Shown here one piece after another: positions 1 to 13,770 of a stretch of DNA of 64,000 bases (positions are counted from its first letter, which is position 1; every line of letters starts with the position of its first letter). Made by a program: the position numbers and the translations under genes. The stretch lies in assembly GCA_054600435.1 (NCBI GenBank), contig BAAIJX010000017.1, forward strand, positions 248,001-312,000, given 5' to 3'. This DNA is from Neophaeotheca triangularis. Lineage: Eukaryota. Under the pieces are notes generated by a model. The model had not been told where the DNA came from. It saw only the letters and a program-made list of their open reading frames with translations, and made no database searches.

Positions 1-679
1 AAATGACGGTGGGGTTGTTCGCGACAAGCTTGCAGTAGGCTAGCTCTCCTCCAACTGGGGCCATGACGTTCTGAATATCCTCGGAGGTGGTGCCTGTCTG
101 GAAGTTTTGAGCGATGACGACGTAAGGTCCACTGCTGGAAGCAGAGCCACGGATGGAGAGGCCGTGGCCATCGTCGTTGACCGCTGCGGTGCGCTGCGCG
201 ACTGGTTGAGCGTGAGTGGAGGTCACCTTGTTGTTGTTAATGGCGGAGGAAGATGCTGTACGAGTGAGGCCGCCGCGTGGGTTACGGTTGAGGGCCGTAG
301 GGTTGCGAGGACCGCGAGGCGCATTGTTGGAGGTGTTGGCGAAAGGCGAAGCAGTCTGCTATAACTCGTTGTCAGTTCCGAGATTCTTCACTGCGCACTT
401 GAAGATAGAGCTCACCTTGCGCACGCCACTGCGACTTGCAATGCTGCCACTCAGGCCCCGGGTCATACCCGCAGGAGCGCCACCTCCCATACGCCTTGTA
501 CCTCCAGCAGCACCAGGAGCACTCTGACGACGGTCTTTGCCGAACATCTGGTCCGCCAGCCTCTGGCTCTTGGTGCCGAAGATTTCCTCTGCGATCCTCT
601 GGCTGCGATTCGTGACGAACATCTCGTTGGCCAGATCCTCCGCCCTCTTGCGCTCTTTGGCAAGCTTCTTGTTCGACAT
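1..679 (-). CDS. RRM-like RNA-binding protein, 5' part (runs off window start); intron ~415-356
   Basis: ATG at 679 (MSNKKLAKERKRAEDLANEMF). GTGAG donor at 415, CTGAC branch site, acceptor ~356-361. The downstream exon reads ...GLSIRGSASSGPYVVIAQNFQTGTTSEDIQNVM, resembling the start of an RRM. Confidence 0.6.
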
Positions 680-1187
680 CTTCTTCGGTGGTTTGAGTGG
701 GGTGCGGAGGTTGCGAGTAGGTGGTTTGGTATGGACTATGGGGAAACGAAGTGAAGGAGATGTTTGTGACAGTGGAGAGAGGCCGGCCAGTCGCGAAGCT
801 CAAGGTAATCTGAAGCTCACTAGCGCGTTGTCGGACCCTGACTCGCGCCAAGTATACACCTGGTCCGTGCACTGATTCGTTGAAGTAGGGGTCACGGTAT
901 GGGAGAGAACAAATTCTGTAACGTTTTAGGTACCGCATATATATATATTCAATTGTCCGCGAATACTCTTCGTCCAACCCCATTCGGCCATGCGTGCCGT
1001 TGTAGATGGACGGATCCGCGGCTCAGACAATGCCCGGTTCAATGCCATAGCTCTACACTAGAAAAGTAAGCGACGGCGTCGATTACTTGCTCCAAACGCT
1101 GTACATGCGTCAATCCCTCTCCAACTCAGTCGAAGTCTTCACGGCATCGCTCGCCGAGCTTTTGACACGTCGAGTCCAAACGCCATC

Positions 1188-4100
1188 CTAGCTGCCACCA
1201 CCCGGCGGATAATGGGGCAGTCCAGGATCAACGACCGGCCCACCATCCCCAATATGATCAACACCGCCGCCGCCGCCGCCAGTAGGACAGCTGTTAAACG
1301 ATATCCACCCCTAGATCAATCCAACGTTAGCAAAGCCTCCAAAAGCCATGAAAGTCAAGGAATCGCAACTTACATGCCCAGTCTTTGGATTAATCTTCAC
1401 CAAATCCGCTCTCCCCTGTCCTTGAAGACTGGGGAACTGCTCATTCTGACCTCTTGTCCATCCGCTGTAAAGGACCCCATTGTCTTTCCACTCGAACTTG
1501 CTACCTTGAAGCCTGCCCCGTTGCGACTCGTCCTTTTCCCCGGAATTCGTCCAGACGCGTCCGTTGCCTGTGAACTTGTCCGTGTGGATGAGGTCGGCGC
1601 GACCGTCGCCTGCGAATCACGTTAGAAACATTTGAGGACGGGTGTTGGCTGTATTGCTCTGGATGGCTGAAACTTACCATTGACGTCTGCGAATTGGAAA
1701 TCCGCGCGTTCTAGGTTAGGGCTCGATTTGATCTGCCCGACGAACCGCATGTTACTGTTGTTGTCGTTGAGCCATGCCGTCGCTCGGCCATTGCGTTCCA
1801 TGCATATGAGGTCTGCCTTGCCCTCGCCACTGGGTTCCGAGCTTGGTTAGTAGTATTCCTAGCTTGAGGTCTCCGCCACAAGGCTACGCACCTGATATCG
1901 ACTACATGCACTGACTGGTCGTCATAGCCTAGACCCCTCTTGATAGTACAAAACGGGCCTCCCTCGATCTGTTGCCGTTGGAAATCGAACGAGTTGCCGT
2001 TCCAGTTGTTCTTCCAGACCGTCACGCTGAAATCGTCATTGTTTACGCCAATAACATCCGCTCTGCCATCGCCATCCCAGTCGGCGATATGCAGAGCACG
2101 CCGGCTCATACCTGTTTCGAGTACCGAGTGCATCCCTGCGCCCCACAAAGGCTTACCCGATCCCCCTACTAAGCGCGAAATGTCGCTACGTGTATTGAGG
2201 TTGGGAAACACGTTCACGACACCCTCCGGGCTGATCCAGATGTAGTCGTCGATGCCGCGGTTCCGAAGGTCGCCCCAGCGTGCTCCATCACCTGCGCTTT
2301 TGTGTTAGCACGAACGGTGCAGTCAGATGCTCGTAATCGGCTTGTGGGATGCTCACCTTTCTGGAATTTTCCTCCGCTGCCTTGGTTTTCCCAAACCTTC
2401 AATTCTACACCGGAACCCGCCTTCTTGACATACACGTAATCTGCGCGAGGACTGCCATAGATATTGGCGAACTGGATGTTGTCGCGTGAATCTCCAGTCT
2501 CTTCCCATTGCCCGGCGTGAGTTACCCCAGCCTCGCGCCAGTAGGGAACCATTCCTGTCCCAGCGTCGCGCTGGTTGATGTAAGTTGTCACCTTTCCCGT
2601 TGTGGAGGTCCAGGTCCAGTCTGCTCGTCCACTGTGTGCGCATTAGCAGCAGCCCCTTCAAACGTCAGCAGGCGGCCGGTCAACTTACTCCCCGTTCAGG
2701 TCCGCAAACCTCACGCCTCGAGTGTCGCCCATGCCCTTTGCGTAGAAGACCGGGCTCCCTCGCCCCATGTCTTGCCATTCAGTTGCTCGGTTCCCGATGC
2801 CCGCGTTTCTCCAACAGCGAATATGGCCGTCGTTGCTGCCGATGACGCAGTAGTCGAGCCTCCCATCGCCATCAATGTCTCCAAGTCTGACGTCCTCTTG
2901 TTTGTACTCGGAACTGGGACGCTGCTTGTACACGCCGATATGCTCAAAATTCGGTGTTGTGCCTGGGTGGCCGCGATTCAGAGAGACCAGGAGCTCTCCA
3001 TCCGGCGTGATGCAGATAAAGTCTTCAAGACCGTCGTTATTCACATCGCCCCATCGGACGCCCCTTGTCTCGCAATCGAATCCAACGTCGATCTTGACGA
3101 AACTGTCGAAGGCCCCGTTACCCCTGTTGACGGCCATCTCCGCCGTGTTGGAACTGTCACCCATGCGAACGATCTCGTCCAGCTTTGAAGCGGAGTTGGC
3201 TTGGTTCGAGAACAGCTGCGCAAAGAAGTATTTGAAATTGCCTCCATCAGAACTCGTATAGATTGAATCACGGGCCTGTGATGCATGAGTGTAGGTCCCA
3301 TCGTCCTGAATGACCGAATCGCCAGCATACAGGATCTGAGGACTCCCACGAGGGTCAGAAGCTCCACTTGAACGTGATTTGGCGCAAGTATAGCTGGAAG
3401 CTCCGAGGGATAGCATTTCGGGGTCCTGGGATCCGCGAGACTGCGATCCGTCGTCGAAGTCGACCTGGTTGGGTCGTTGCAGCCAGCCTCTTGTTTCGGC
3501 TTTGCGGATGGAGTCGTACCACACGGCGGCCATCTTCTTGGCACCCAGCACGGTCGGGTGGATGCCGTCCCAAATGTCGTTGATCGTGAGAAAGCCGTCG
3601 TCCATCTCTGCCAATAGGATCTTCTGGCCTTCGCTCTGGCGTCTGCTGATTATTTCCCGGTACCGCTGGTTGATACGTTTGATCGCTTGGGGGGCATTGG
3701 CGTTTGGTAGGAGCGTGGAAAGCAAGACCACAGTGCCGCGCGAATCCTGAAAGCACTCGTCGAGTAATCTTTCCATGTCGACGGGAGCCTGGCCTTCGCC
3801 ACCGCCTTGTCCATCGTTTGTTCCGACATTGATGAGTATCAAATTCGGCTGATACCTTGGCACACTCGAGGAGGCTTTCTCACGGACACCGTCAACCCAG
3901 AATCCCGGCCAACCCTCGTTATCCTGCGATAGCACTCACTCGTTAGCTTTAACACCCTCAGCCTAAGGGTTTAGCCCTCAAACAACCACTTGTATCTGGC
4001 ACTAATACAAGGCGGCGGGGTTCAACGTACGCTGTCTGCCATGTTACCCCAGCTAGAGTAGGAGCCCACCATGTTGACTTCCCACCCATCCAGACGAAGC

Positions 4101-4348
4101 CTCTCCCGGAGAAACTTGCGGTATCCATTCTTGTCTGGATCATTGGGATCTGCCGGCTCACCACGTGTAATCGAGGCGCCAAGGGGCATGATGCGAAGAT
4201 AGAAGTCATCTGCTCTCCGGGAAAGTCGCGGGGATTCGACGCTGAAATCATCATGTGTATCGGCAAGTATTGGCGTAGCAAGAGTGAAAGGAAGCAAAGA
4301 GAGCAGCATAGCCCAGCACAAGGCTGGCATCGCCAGTGGGGAGAGCAT
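1188..4348 (-). CDS. Secreted SGNH/GDSL hydrolase (CE3-like) with C-terminal FG-GAP/VCBS-like repeats; 7 exons
   Basis: Signal-peptide-like N-terminus. SGNH blocks IMPLGASIT, EGWPG, INVGTND and DGIHP. Repeats DVNNDGLED, DIDGDGRLD, DLNGDGRAD, DWDGDGRAD. Exons read by eye with GT-AG ends and CTRAC/CTAAT branch sites: 4348-4031, 3923-2689, 2631-2357, 2291-1892, 1829-1678, 1609-1374, 1310-1188 (TAG). Confidence 0.85.
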
Positions 4349-5976
4349 GTCCCTTGTGTTTGGGGTGTGCAGTTTTCGACGGAGTGTGTGAAAACGAAAA
4401 GAGCTGGAGCACAGTGATTGCTCTCCATTCTTACGATGGATATTTAGGTCGGCACTTATTACACGGAGACGCTTCTATGGTGCGTGCCGTTTGCAGTGTC
4501 GAAGTGGATGCACCTGCATTCCGAATAGATTGGTGGCCCCGGATATCCGAAGGAATGCTGGGGCAGTTGCAATTACGATCGTGTGTTCGTGAAAGAAGAG
4601 GCTATGGCGGAGGCCTGGAGCGGCCGCTCGTACTTCACGTTTATTTGTGACCTTTTCGAGGGCTACTTGGAATGTCACCATGGCTTCATGAAGCCACAAT
4701 CTCGTAAGGTGCTGCCGCGAGGTATTAAGAGAGTTGGTTACTGTAGGTAGGTATATACTTTCGTAAAGAGTGGTGGCGGGTGTTCGTAACAGAAAGCACG
4801 TGTAGTGCCATGGACGCACCGACTGTATGTTACAAGTATTGATAGCGCGTATACCTTTTAGCGGCAGCCTTACTGTAGTGGACTGTGGCGCCACATACCT
4901 TAGCGCCATGGATGTTCCCGGTGATAACAGAATTAATCGCGAGTCCTCGTGGCACTACGTGTTTCCATGCCATGCTTCTCCGAACGGCCCGCCCTGGGGC
5001 ATCCAGGCATGGTATGTATCTCGTCTCCACCTGGGCACAGATTGCTCGATTTCTGGTATTAGGGCACGACTAGGCGGCACTGATTTCTGATAGCGTCTGT
5101 CTACGAATGTCGGAAATGTCGCTGTGGTATGCACGCTAGCTGCACTACTATTCCTGGGAGTGTTCGGTATCGTGGTTCATCCAACCGCTAGTGGGAACTT
5201 ATATAAAATAACCTTAGGTAAGGTACCAGGCACTACCTACTGTGGCTTGCTAGAAAACAACACCTGTTTGACGTGACGAGAAGCTCGCGCCAAGACGCCG
5301 TGAACGTCGGCGCATGCTTGTTTGCTTCTTCTACCTACCTCGAACAATGCAACTACGCATGGCTAGGTACCTTACCTTAAGGTTGCCCTTTTGACGATCG
5401 ATGTTAGTGCACCTTCTAGACTTGGGCAATACTGAGGTAGGTAGTAGCCCACCTGCAGGTATTGTCGTGCTATTACGTCGCGACCTGGATACATAATAGT
5501 ACCTGGGACTGGGTAGCCAAGGTAGATGTAGGAACAACTCCCGTCCCCATTCTCCCGGGAGGTGCACCCAAACCCTAATTCTTGTCACATGCACTATACT
5601 ATCTTCCCAGGTACTGAGGCGTCGAGTGAGACGCAACACAATGATTGCTTTCGTTGAGACAGACTGAAGCTTCTACAGACCTGGCTCAGAAGGAAGAGCG
5701 ACTTTACATACTGACGGCAAAGCGGCCCAGGGGTGCCTGACTTGGAGCTGGCAAGAGGACCATTCTGTGCGCCTAGTACCTTCCATTGATGCTTACAACG
5801 ATATGGTAAGAGCAGTGCATCCACGGACGTCCAACGTAAGGTAGGTAGAGCCCGTCACACGACCAATTACTTTCCCTTGTCGGCCTTCCTATCAATTTGC
5901 TCCAACCCCTCGGCATCCGCGCCAGACATCTCCAACCGCTTCGAACCCCGTTTCTATGATCCATCATACGCCCAGC

Positions 5977-8900
5977 ATGGATCGCAACGGAATATCCACG
6001 CCGCTCTTTGAAGAAGACAGCGGCCTCAGTCTCAGGAAGAAACCCTCGTCGTCGTCTCCGTTTTTCGGCAGTGTTCGCAATACTTTACACAAAGCCGCTC
6101 TGGGTGCCAAGTCCGTAGTGGATCACGCCAGAGGGGAGGGCAAGCCGGCTGAAGAGTACTTCGAAACTTTGGACTCGAACAGACTGGCGAGGTTTAATGC
6201 TGACAGTGAGCAGGGAACCATCTTCGAGCGCAGACCCGCCAAGGGCATCGATCGAAAGCCAGGTTTCTGAGGTGTCTGCTTCCAGCAGCAGCCGTAAACA
6301 TCGCGGTACTTTTGCCTCCAATTCTGCCGTGGCCTCCCTGCGTCAACACCTGTCTTCGAGGAAGTACAACAAACGTCCTAGCATCTTGGGCAACGTCGTT
6401 ATCGATGGCGTTGATAGCCGCGATAGCCTCGATGGCGCTCAAAATACACGGAGTCCGTGTCCAGAGGAGAAGCAAAAGTCCCGTGGTCGCCGCTATAGCA
6501 ACTTCATGGGTAGCGTTAGGATGGGCAAGAGGCGAGAGTCTGCCCGCTTGGGCTCTCACTCCCCGGAGAGCTGCGGCCGTCGAAGTGCTTCTTCAGATCT
6601 TGATGCCCCAACAGAGCCGATAGACATTCCCAACGCCCCGCCGCTTCCATTACGTCTGGACCTACCTCCAACAGGAAAACTGATGCCCTCACCCTTCCAA
6701 AGCTCGGATGATGGACAGCCTAGCGATAGCCAAGGGTGCGGCAAGAACGACGCAACGCCCAGCTACTCGCCATACCATCTGCCTACCTTTCCGGACGAAG
6801 GGGACTTGAGCCCATCTTGTCGTCTGCCAGAACGCACCTCTCCCAAGCTTAGCCTTCGAAGAGACGAAGATCACATGACTCCTATGCCAGGAACGAACCT
6901 ACCACTTGAGATAGACCCCATCGACACTCTGGACGACGTCAAAGAGCCCAAGGCCGGCATCCGCAAAATGCGCTCTCTCAACGACATGCTAGAGGGCGAC
7001 CACCTATCGGATGAGTCTGAGGATTCGACGCGTGCTTTGCCGCCTTCTTCTATCCTCCGGCAGAAAAGCATGGCGGACAGCCGCGCACTCGAGTCCCCTC
7101 ACACGGACGTCTGCGAACGCATCATCGGCTTGCAAACCCCGAGTGCAGGGCACAGAGACGAAGCCACTGGCCGGTACATCAGTCACGACCCCGCCGCTCC
7201 GGAAGTTCTAAAGTCGAGCCCCGGTCTACCTTCACCAGACAAAGAGACGACCTTGCCCCTACGCCCTAAGCGCCGACACAACACAAGCGACTCGGATTGG
7301 GAGACCGTCAGCCCGCCCCCAGGGGACCAACCTCCACGAATCCGCAACGAGCAACAGCGAGTCTCCGAAAATAGCGGCACGAGCTCCGAACTCGCCGAGA
7401 TCCTGCTTCGCAGCACCCAAAGCTGGGATTCCCTCGTCGCGACAGCTCGCGCAGGCCTCTACAGCCCCATCCACCGCACTCGCGTTCTCGGAACCGTCGA
7501 CAGCGCAGATTCAAGCAGTTCCGACGAGTCCAGCGAGCTTGAACACTGGGCACTACCGCCCCCCGGTATCACTGCGAGGGAGGAGAGGCAGGTTGACCAG
7601 GTTGCAAGGGCGAGTGTGCCCGAGTATAAGGATCCGTTTGAGCGGGATCGGGAAGTGCGGCGGAAGGCTGAGGCGAGTTCGGGGAGTGAGGCTACGACTT
7701 GTGTGCAGTCGGAGGACTCGGTGCCGGCTTCACCTATGACGGTTCAAGAGCTCTTTTACGATGATGATGAAGATGTGCCGGCTTTGGCGTCACTCGACGG
7801 CCGTGCTGGCGGTGGGAAGCAAGATCAAGCGCAGACTGCGTTCCGTGACGAAAACAAGGTGGCCAGTAACCCGTTTGACGATGAAGAATTCCCTAGTGCC
7901 GAAGACGAGGTTAGGGGACGTTATAAGGGCGACAGTATTCCTGCCGGCTCGTCAGGACGGTCCTCACCACTGGCACAGCAGCCTCACGGCCGCGTCAAGC
8001 AGTCTCCCTCGAGAAACAACCTTCTTGCCGCGAGCACTATATGTCACCTCCCACAATGGTCCGACCCAGTCTTCAAAGCTGCACTAGGACCAGGTAATCC
8101 CCAGCGTCAAGAGAACGGGGTCTATCAGTCACAGCATGCCCAACATCATCAAATGACGCAGACCAGTCGCTTCGACAGCAACGTAAACGAAGGACACTCC
8201 ACCCACCTGAATCGAGCGTACCGCCCTGCGACTGGAACGCACAAGCCCTCTGCCACCGACATTACTGGTGCTGAACCCTTGCCGAATTACTCAGGACCCA
8301 CGGAACTCACACTGCCTGATTACGACAGTTTCTCTTCCGGCTGGCCACAGTCGGATCCACAAGCTGCGTCGTACCAATCGGAGTCCCTTCATGGCGATCT
8401 CGCGACTCGAGACAAAAGGGAGGACGGCCCCTGCGCGCCCGCGTCTACGCCGGAGGGGATCATTCTTATTCGTAGGGATGAGTTGAGGCCGAGCACGCCC
8501 AGAAGTATGCCACTTCTCGCGGATCGCTCTGAGCAGTGGCGGGAGCATGTGCTGATGGCTTTGGATCAAGGAAGTGGCAAGTCGGTAGAGGACAACAGCG
8601 GGCCTTTTGACGACGCGAACCAAGAGGAATCCAACAAGGGTCCTGGGATATCTGGTAATTTCCCACAGTCGATAGGGTTGAGCAAATGTGTACGAGAGAG
8701 TGCACCGAAAAATATGGAACTGGAGACGTCGCTTTTGTCGAATGCGTTACAGCAAGCCGAGTCCGTCGTCTTAAACGAAAACCCTACCGATCGTGGCAAG
8801 GGCAAAGCTCCCGTTAGAAACAGGACACCAGATCGATCTACTCGCAAGCCTGTCTGCCATGGACGCGGCAATCGATATGCTGCGCTTGCGGAGAGCAGCA

Positions 8901-9037
8901 GTGGCGGCAACGACGCAGCGATGCCGAAGCCATTGCCATCATCGAAGCCAGGTGGCGCAATCGTTTCGAATGATGAGGTCGAGATGGACAAGGAAAACCG
9001 AATGGGGCAAGAGGAGGAAGAGGAGGATGGCGACTAG
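5977..9037 (+). CDS. Hypothetical Ser/Pro/acidic low-complexity protein (~985 aa); one intron 6111-6213
   Basis: ORF 5956-6270 joins the 946-aa ORF 6197-9037 in frame if 6111 (GTCCGT)...GCTGAC...CAG 6213 is spliced (GAK|EPSSS). No recognisable domain. Confidence 0.65.
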
Positions 9038-9820
9038 ACCGACCGGCGGGGCATTGGCCGAGGGGAGATGCGACGTGAAATGAAGCATGAGGTATCACGT
9101 ACAACAACAACGACAAGTTAGTCGACAGTATGGCGACGGCGGCATCAGACGGTGGTCGCTGGTGGTTGATAGGTGGTTGATGGTGTTGGATGGACAACCA
9201 TTTCTAGACAGGCGGCACGCATTCACTGACCGTATGTAGAAATTGTATGCGAAGTTTTGCCTCTTAGTCAGTGCACGTGAGGGGATGGTGGATTAGAGTG
9301 TCGCCTCACGGCGGGCCGCATCGTGTGCGACTTCAATCGCCTTTCCAAGCTTGTTGCTCTACCGTGGTCTATCCATTCAAGCGGGTCTTCCTCCACAAAG
9401 CGTGGATAACCGACCATCCGAGCTCTTATCGCGCGTGGAGGCCGACCGATAACGAGAAGCTTAGCATCTCGTCCAACTCGTCAAGATAATCGCGCTACAT
9501 TCTTTGGGGTAATCTTTTGCCCGCGCCTGTGTCTGAACGTGTTTCTGTCATTTTGTCCTCTTGTCTCTTCCCGTTCCCTGGGGAAGCATTGTTGTTCTTT
9601 TACCACCGACCTCATCCCCTCCTCTTTGCTATTCCTTTCCTACAACTCACTCGACAAGCAAGCAAGCACAAACACGCAGCTCAATCCCCGAGCTTCCCGT
9701 GCCACCTTGACCTTTACGACGACGACGACGACTCTCACTGGACGAGCCTCTAAATCTCTGAGGTTGGGTGCACAGCACAGCTCTCTCTTGACGACTATAG
9801 GTATAGCATAGGCACGCAAG

Positions 9821-12800
9821 ATGCCAGCAGCGACTTCAGTCTTGCGTTTGCGCGCACAATGGCTGGCCACCCGTCGGCCGCTCTCGCGCGGCTGCCTGCT
9901 TCTCAACGGACAAGGTAGCGTCACACGCGCACGCCTCTCTCCAGCAATTTCGCAAGTGCACAAGCCCGCAGTCAGGACGTTCTACTCAAGTACCGTCTCA
10001 GACAGCGGCGGCAACGAGAAGGACGGCAGTTCAAAGCCCAAAGATGCCTCCATCTTCGAGCCTCTTGACTCTTTTGCCCGCAGGCACATTGGGCCTTCGG
10101 CAATCAGCACAGAGCAGATGCTCAAAGCCCTAGACCCGCCGATCAACAGTCTAGACGAGTTCGTCAGGCAAGCACTCCCCGAGGATATCCTCTCGGAGAA
10201 GAACTTGCAAGTCGACGGCCCGCTCGCGCAGGATGGCTCCGTCATCACGAGGACTCAGGGATTCTCGGAGAGCCAGTTGCTCACGCGTCTCAAAGAAATC
10301 GCCAGCGAGAACAAAGTCTACAAGTCTTATATTGGCTGCGGGTACGCCGGGACTCGTGTCCCTGAGGTGATCAAGCGCAATGTTCTCGAGAACCCCGGGT
10401 GGTATACCAGTTACACGCCCTACCAGCCCGAGATCAGCCAGGGCCGTCTCGAGTCATTGATCAACTACCAGACTATGGTCTCTGATCTGACTGGTCTGGC
10501 TATCAGCAACGCTTCCGTTCTCGACGAGCCCACGGCTGCAGCGGAGGCCATGACACTCGCGGTCAACGCTCTGCCCGCTGCGAGGCAGAAGAGGGAGAGG
10601 AAGGTGTGGTTGGTGAGCCACTTGTGCCACCCCCAGACGATCGCAGTACTAGAAAGCCGCGCACAAGGCTTTGGCATCACGGTCGAGGTTGCGGACATCC
10701 TGGCGGACGGCAGTAAGAAGGTGGATGAGATTGGCGAGGACCTTATTGGTGTGCTCGCGCAATACCCGGATACGCTGGGTGGAGTGGCCGACTACAAGAA
10801 CTTGGCGGACAAGGTGCACAAGCTCAAGGGCACTTTTGCTGTTGGCACCGATCTTCTGGCGCTTACGATGCTCACACCGCCTGGGGAGTTTGGCGCGGAT
10901 GTTGCTTTCGGTAACGCTCAGAGATTCGGTGTGCCTTTCGGCTTCGGTGGTCCTCATGCGGCATTCTTTGCCGTTAGTGAGCAGCACAAGAGGAAGATTC
11001 CCGGCAGACTCATTGGCTTGTCCAAGGATCGTTCGGGCGACACAGCTGCCAGGTTGGCGCTCCAGACAAGAGAGCAGCATATCAGGCGTGAGAAGGCGAC
11101 GAGCAACATCTGCACTGCGCAAGCACTGCTGGCCAACATGAGTGCCATGTACGCTGTTTACCACGGACCTCAGGGTCTGAAGCGCATCGCCGAGAAGGTC
11201 ATGAAGATGACCCAGGTCCTTGCCAAGGCTCTGCAGCAGGCCAATTGCGAGGTCAGCCCAGCTGCCTTCGACACTGTCGTTGTCAAGCGCCCCAACGCTC
11301 AGGCCTTCGTCGACAAGGCTGCGCAGATGTTCAACATTAACTTGCGTGTCGTTGATGCTGAGCGCGTGGGTATCACGTTGGATGAGACTGTCGGACGCAA
11401 GCAGGTTGAAGAGATTATCAAAACCTTCACTACCGACGACATCGACGTTGGTAGCCTCGCCGAGGGTCTCGAGACGGTCGCTCACCTGCCAGAGTCGCTG
11501 AGGAGGACGTCTTCATTCCTTACGCACCCGGTCTTCAACTCGCATCACTCTGAGACAGAGCTGATGCGTTACATCTACCACTTGCAGTCGAAGGACCTGT
11601 CTCTGATCCACTCGATGATTCCCCTCGGATCCTGCACCATGAAGCTGAATGCGGCCACCGAGATGGCGCCTGTCTCTTGGCCTGAGTTCTCAGCGATCCA
11701 TCCCTTTGCCCCGAGCGACCAGACTCAGGGCTACCGTAAGATGATTGGAGAGCTGGAGAACGACCTTGCCGAGATCACTGGCTTCCACTCCGTATCTCTG
11801 CAGCCAAACTCGGGAGCTCAAGGCGAGTTCACTGGCCTTCGCGTCATTCGCAAGTATCTTGAACAGCAGCCTGGCAAGAAGCGTGACATCTGCTTGATTC
11901 CCGTCTCTGCTCACGGCACCAACCCCGCCAGTGCTGCCATGGCCGGCATGCGTGTCGTGACTATACGTTGCCAACCTGACAACGGCAATCTCGACATGGA
12001 AGACCTCAAGGCCAAATGCGAGAAGTACAGCGAAGAGCTCGGTGCCATCATGGTCACCTACCCAAGCACTTTCGGCATCTTCGAGCCGCACATCAAAGCC
12101 GTCTGCGACCTCGTCCACCAACATGGCGGCCAAGTCTACATGGATGGCGCCAACATGAACGCCCAGATCGGTCTCTGTTCCCCCGGAGAAATTGGCGCAG
12201 ATGTCTGCCACTTGAACCTTCACAAGACCTTCTGTATTCCCCACGGCGGCGGTGGTCCCGGGGTTGGTCCCATTGGTGTTGCAGAACACCTTACCCCTTA
12301 CCTACCAGGCCACCCCCTCGTTGCCAACGTCGGCGGCGAAAAGGGCATCGCCCCCGTCTCAGGCGCACCCTGGGGCTCCGCCAGCATCCTTCCCATCAGC
12401 TGGTCTTACATTAAGATGATGGGCGGTAAGGGTCTCACACACGCTACCAAAATCACTCTCCTCAACGCAAACTACATTCTGTCGCGCCTAAAACCCTACT
12501 ACCCAATCCTCTACACCAATGAAGCCGGCCGCTGCGCACACGAGTTCATCCTCGACACGCGCAAGTTCAAGGAGTCCGCCGGCATCGAGGCTATCGACAT
12601 TGCCAAGCGCCTGCAAGACTACGGTTTCCACGCGCCCACTATGTCCTGGCCAGTGGCCAACACTCTCATGATTGAACCGACTGAGAGCGAGAGCAAAGCC
12701 GAGCTCGACCGCTTCTGCGACGCTTTCATTTCCATCCGCAAAGAGATTGCCGACGTGGAAGAGGGGAGGCAGCCGCGCGAGGGCAACGTCCTCAAGATGA

Positions 12801-13075
12801 GTCCGCATACGCAGAAGGATTTGATTCTGGGCGATTGGCAGCGCCCGTATGGTAGGGAGGTTGCGGCTTACCCGCTGCCTTGGCTGAAGGAGAAGAAGTT
12901 CTGGCCGAGTGTTGGCAGATTGGACGATGCGTATGGAGACATGAACTTGTTCTGCAGGTGAGTTATGCCCTCTCTTGACTACTCCAATCGGATTATGCTG
13001 ACAATGTTGTTCAGCTGCGCGCCCGTCGAACCGATTGAAGGCATCACTGGCGCTGCCGCACCAATGCCTACATAA
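9821..13075 (+). CDS. GCV2: Glycine dehydrogenase (decarboxylating), glycine cleavage P protein, mitochondrial
   Basis: Motifs YTSYTPYQPEISQGRLE, REQHIRREKATSNICTAQAL, MIPLGSCTMKLN and PLP-lysine HLNLHKTF. Arg-rich presequence. Intron 12958-13014, stop TAA 13073-13075. Confidence 0.97.
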
Positions 13076-13770
13076 AGAGCTGGAGAAAGAGTAGGAAGAT
13101 ACAAGGAAGAGAACGGAGCCGGGGCTGGATGGCTTGATGGGAATGCGATAAAAATGAGTGGAGGTTGGCCAGCTTTTCAACAATGACCAGCGTTCAAGCA
13201 ATGGAGTTAAGTATTATCACGGGATCAGAGACGAAAAATCTAGATCGAGACTGGGAGGTGTGCATGTGTTGTCGCGTGTGTGTGCTGAGCGTTCAACACA
13301 TTCTACGCTGGGGATGGGTTTTTGTGTTGGTAGGATTTTTGCATCTATAGATTTTGGAAGTGCTTTTCTTTCTGTGACTTCTGCTTGGTGACGTTTGCTT
13401 TCGAGAGCTTGTTCGTTGTCCAAGAATAGGAGGTACGGGTGCCAGAGCAGCTGTAAGGGCGCGTTCGTTTGTCTAGTTTCACATCCACATCCACATCCAA
13501 AACCTCGATGTGGTGCTAAGGATGTAGATATTAGGGGGTCGTTCGATTTTGGATGTAGCACATCTAGTACCACATCGCGGTAGTTACTCGGCTCGCTCTT
13601 TGTCGCTATAAGGGGTATAGAGGCACCACATCTGCACTACATGTCCGTGCGACAGATATAGTGCTTAGAGGTAAAGTTTTGAGTACTACATCCTACTACA
13701 TCCTTAGCAATATTAATCTACTAGAGCCGACATAGAGCCTAACGAATCGAGTAGTAAGAGCGGTGTTATT

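Noticed and set aside
4350..5950. Short ORFs and TAGGTA-rich motifs in the divergent intergenic region
   Set aside because: No coding signal, TIR/LTR pair or TSD could be identified.
10649..13201. Several 200-280 aa antisense ORFs over GCV2
   Set aside because: Shadow ORFs of a highly biased coding sequence.
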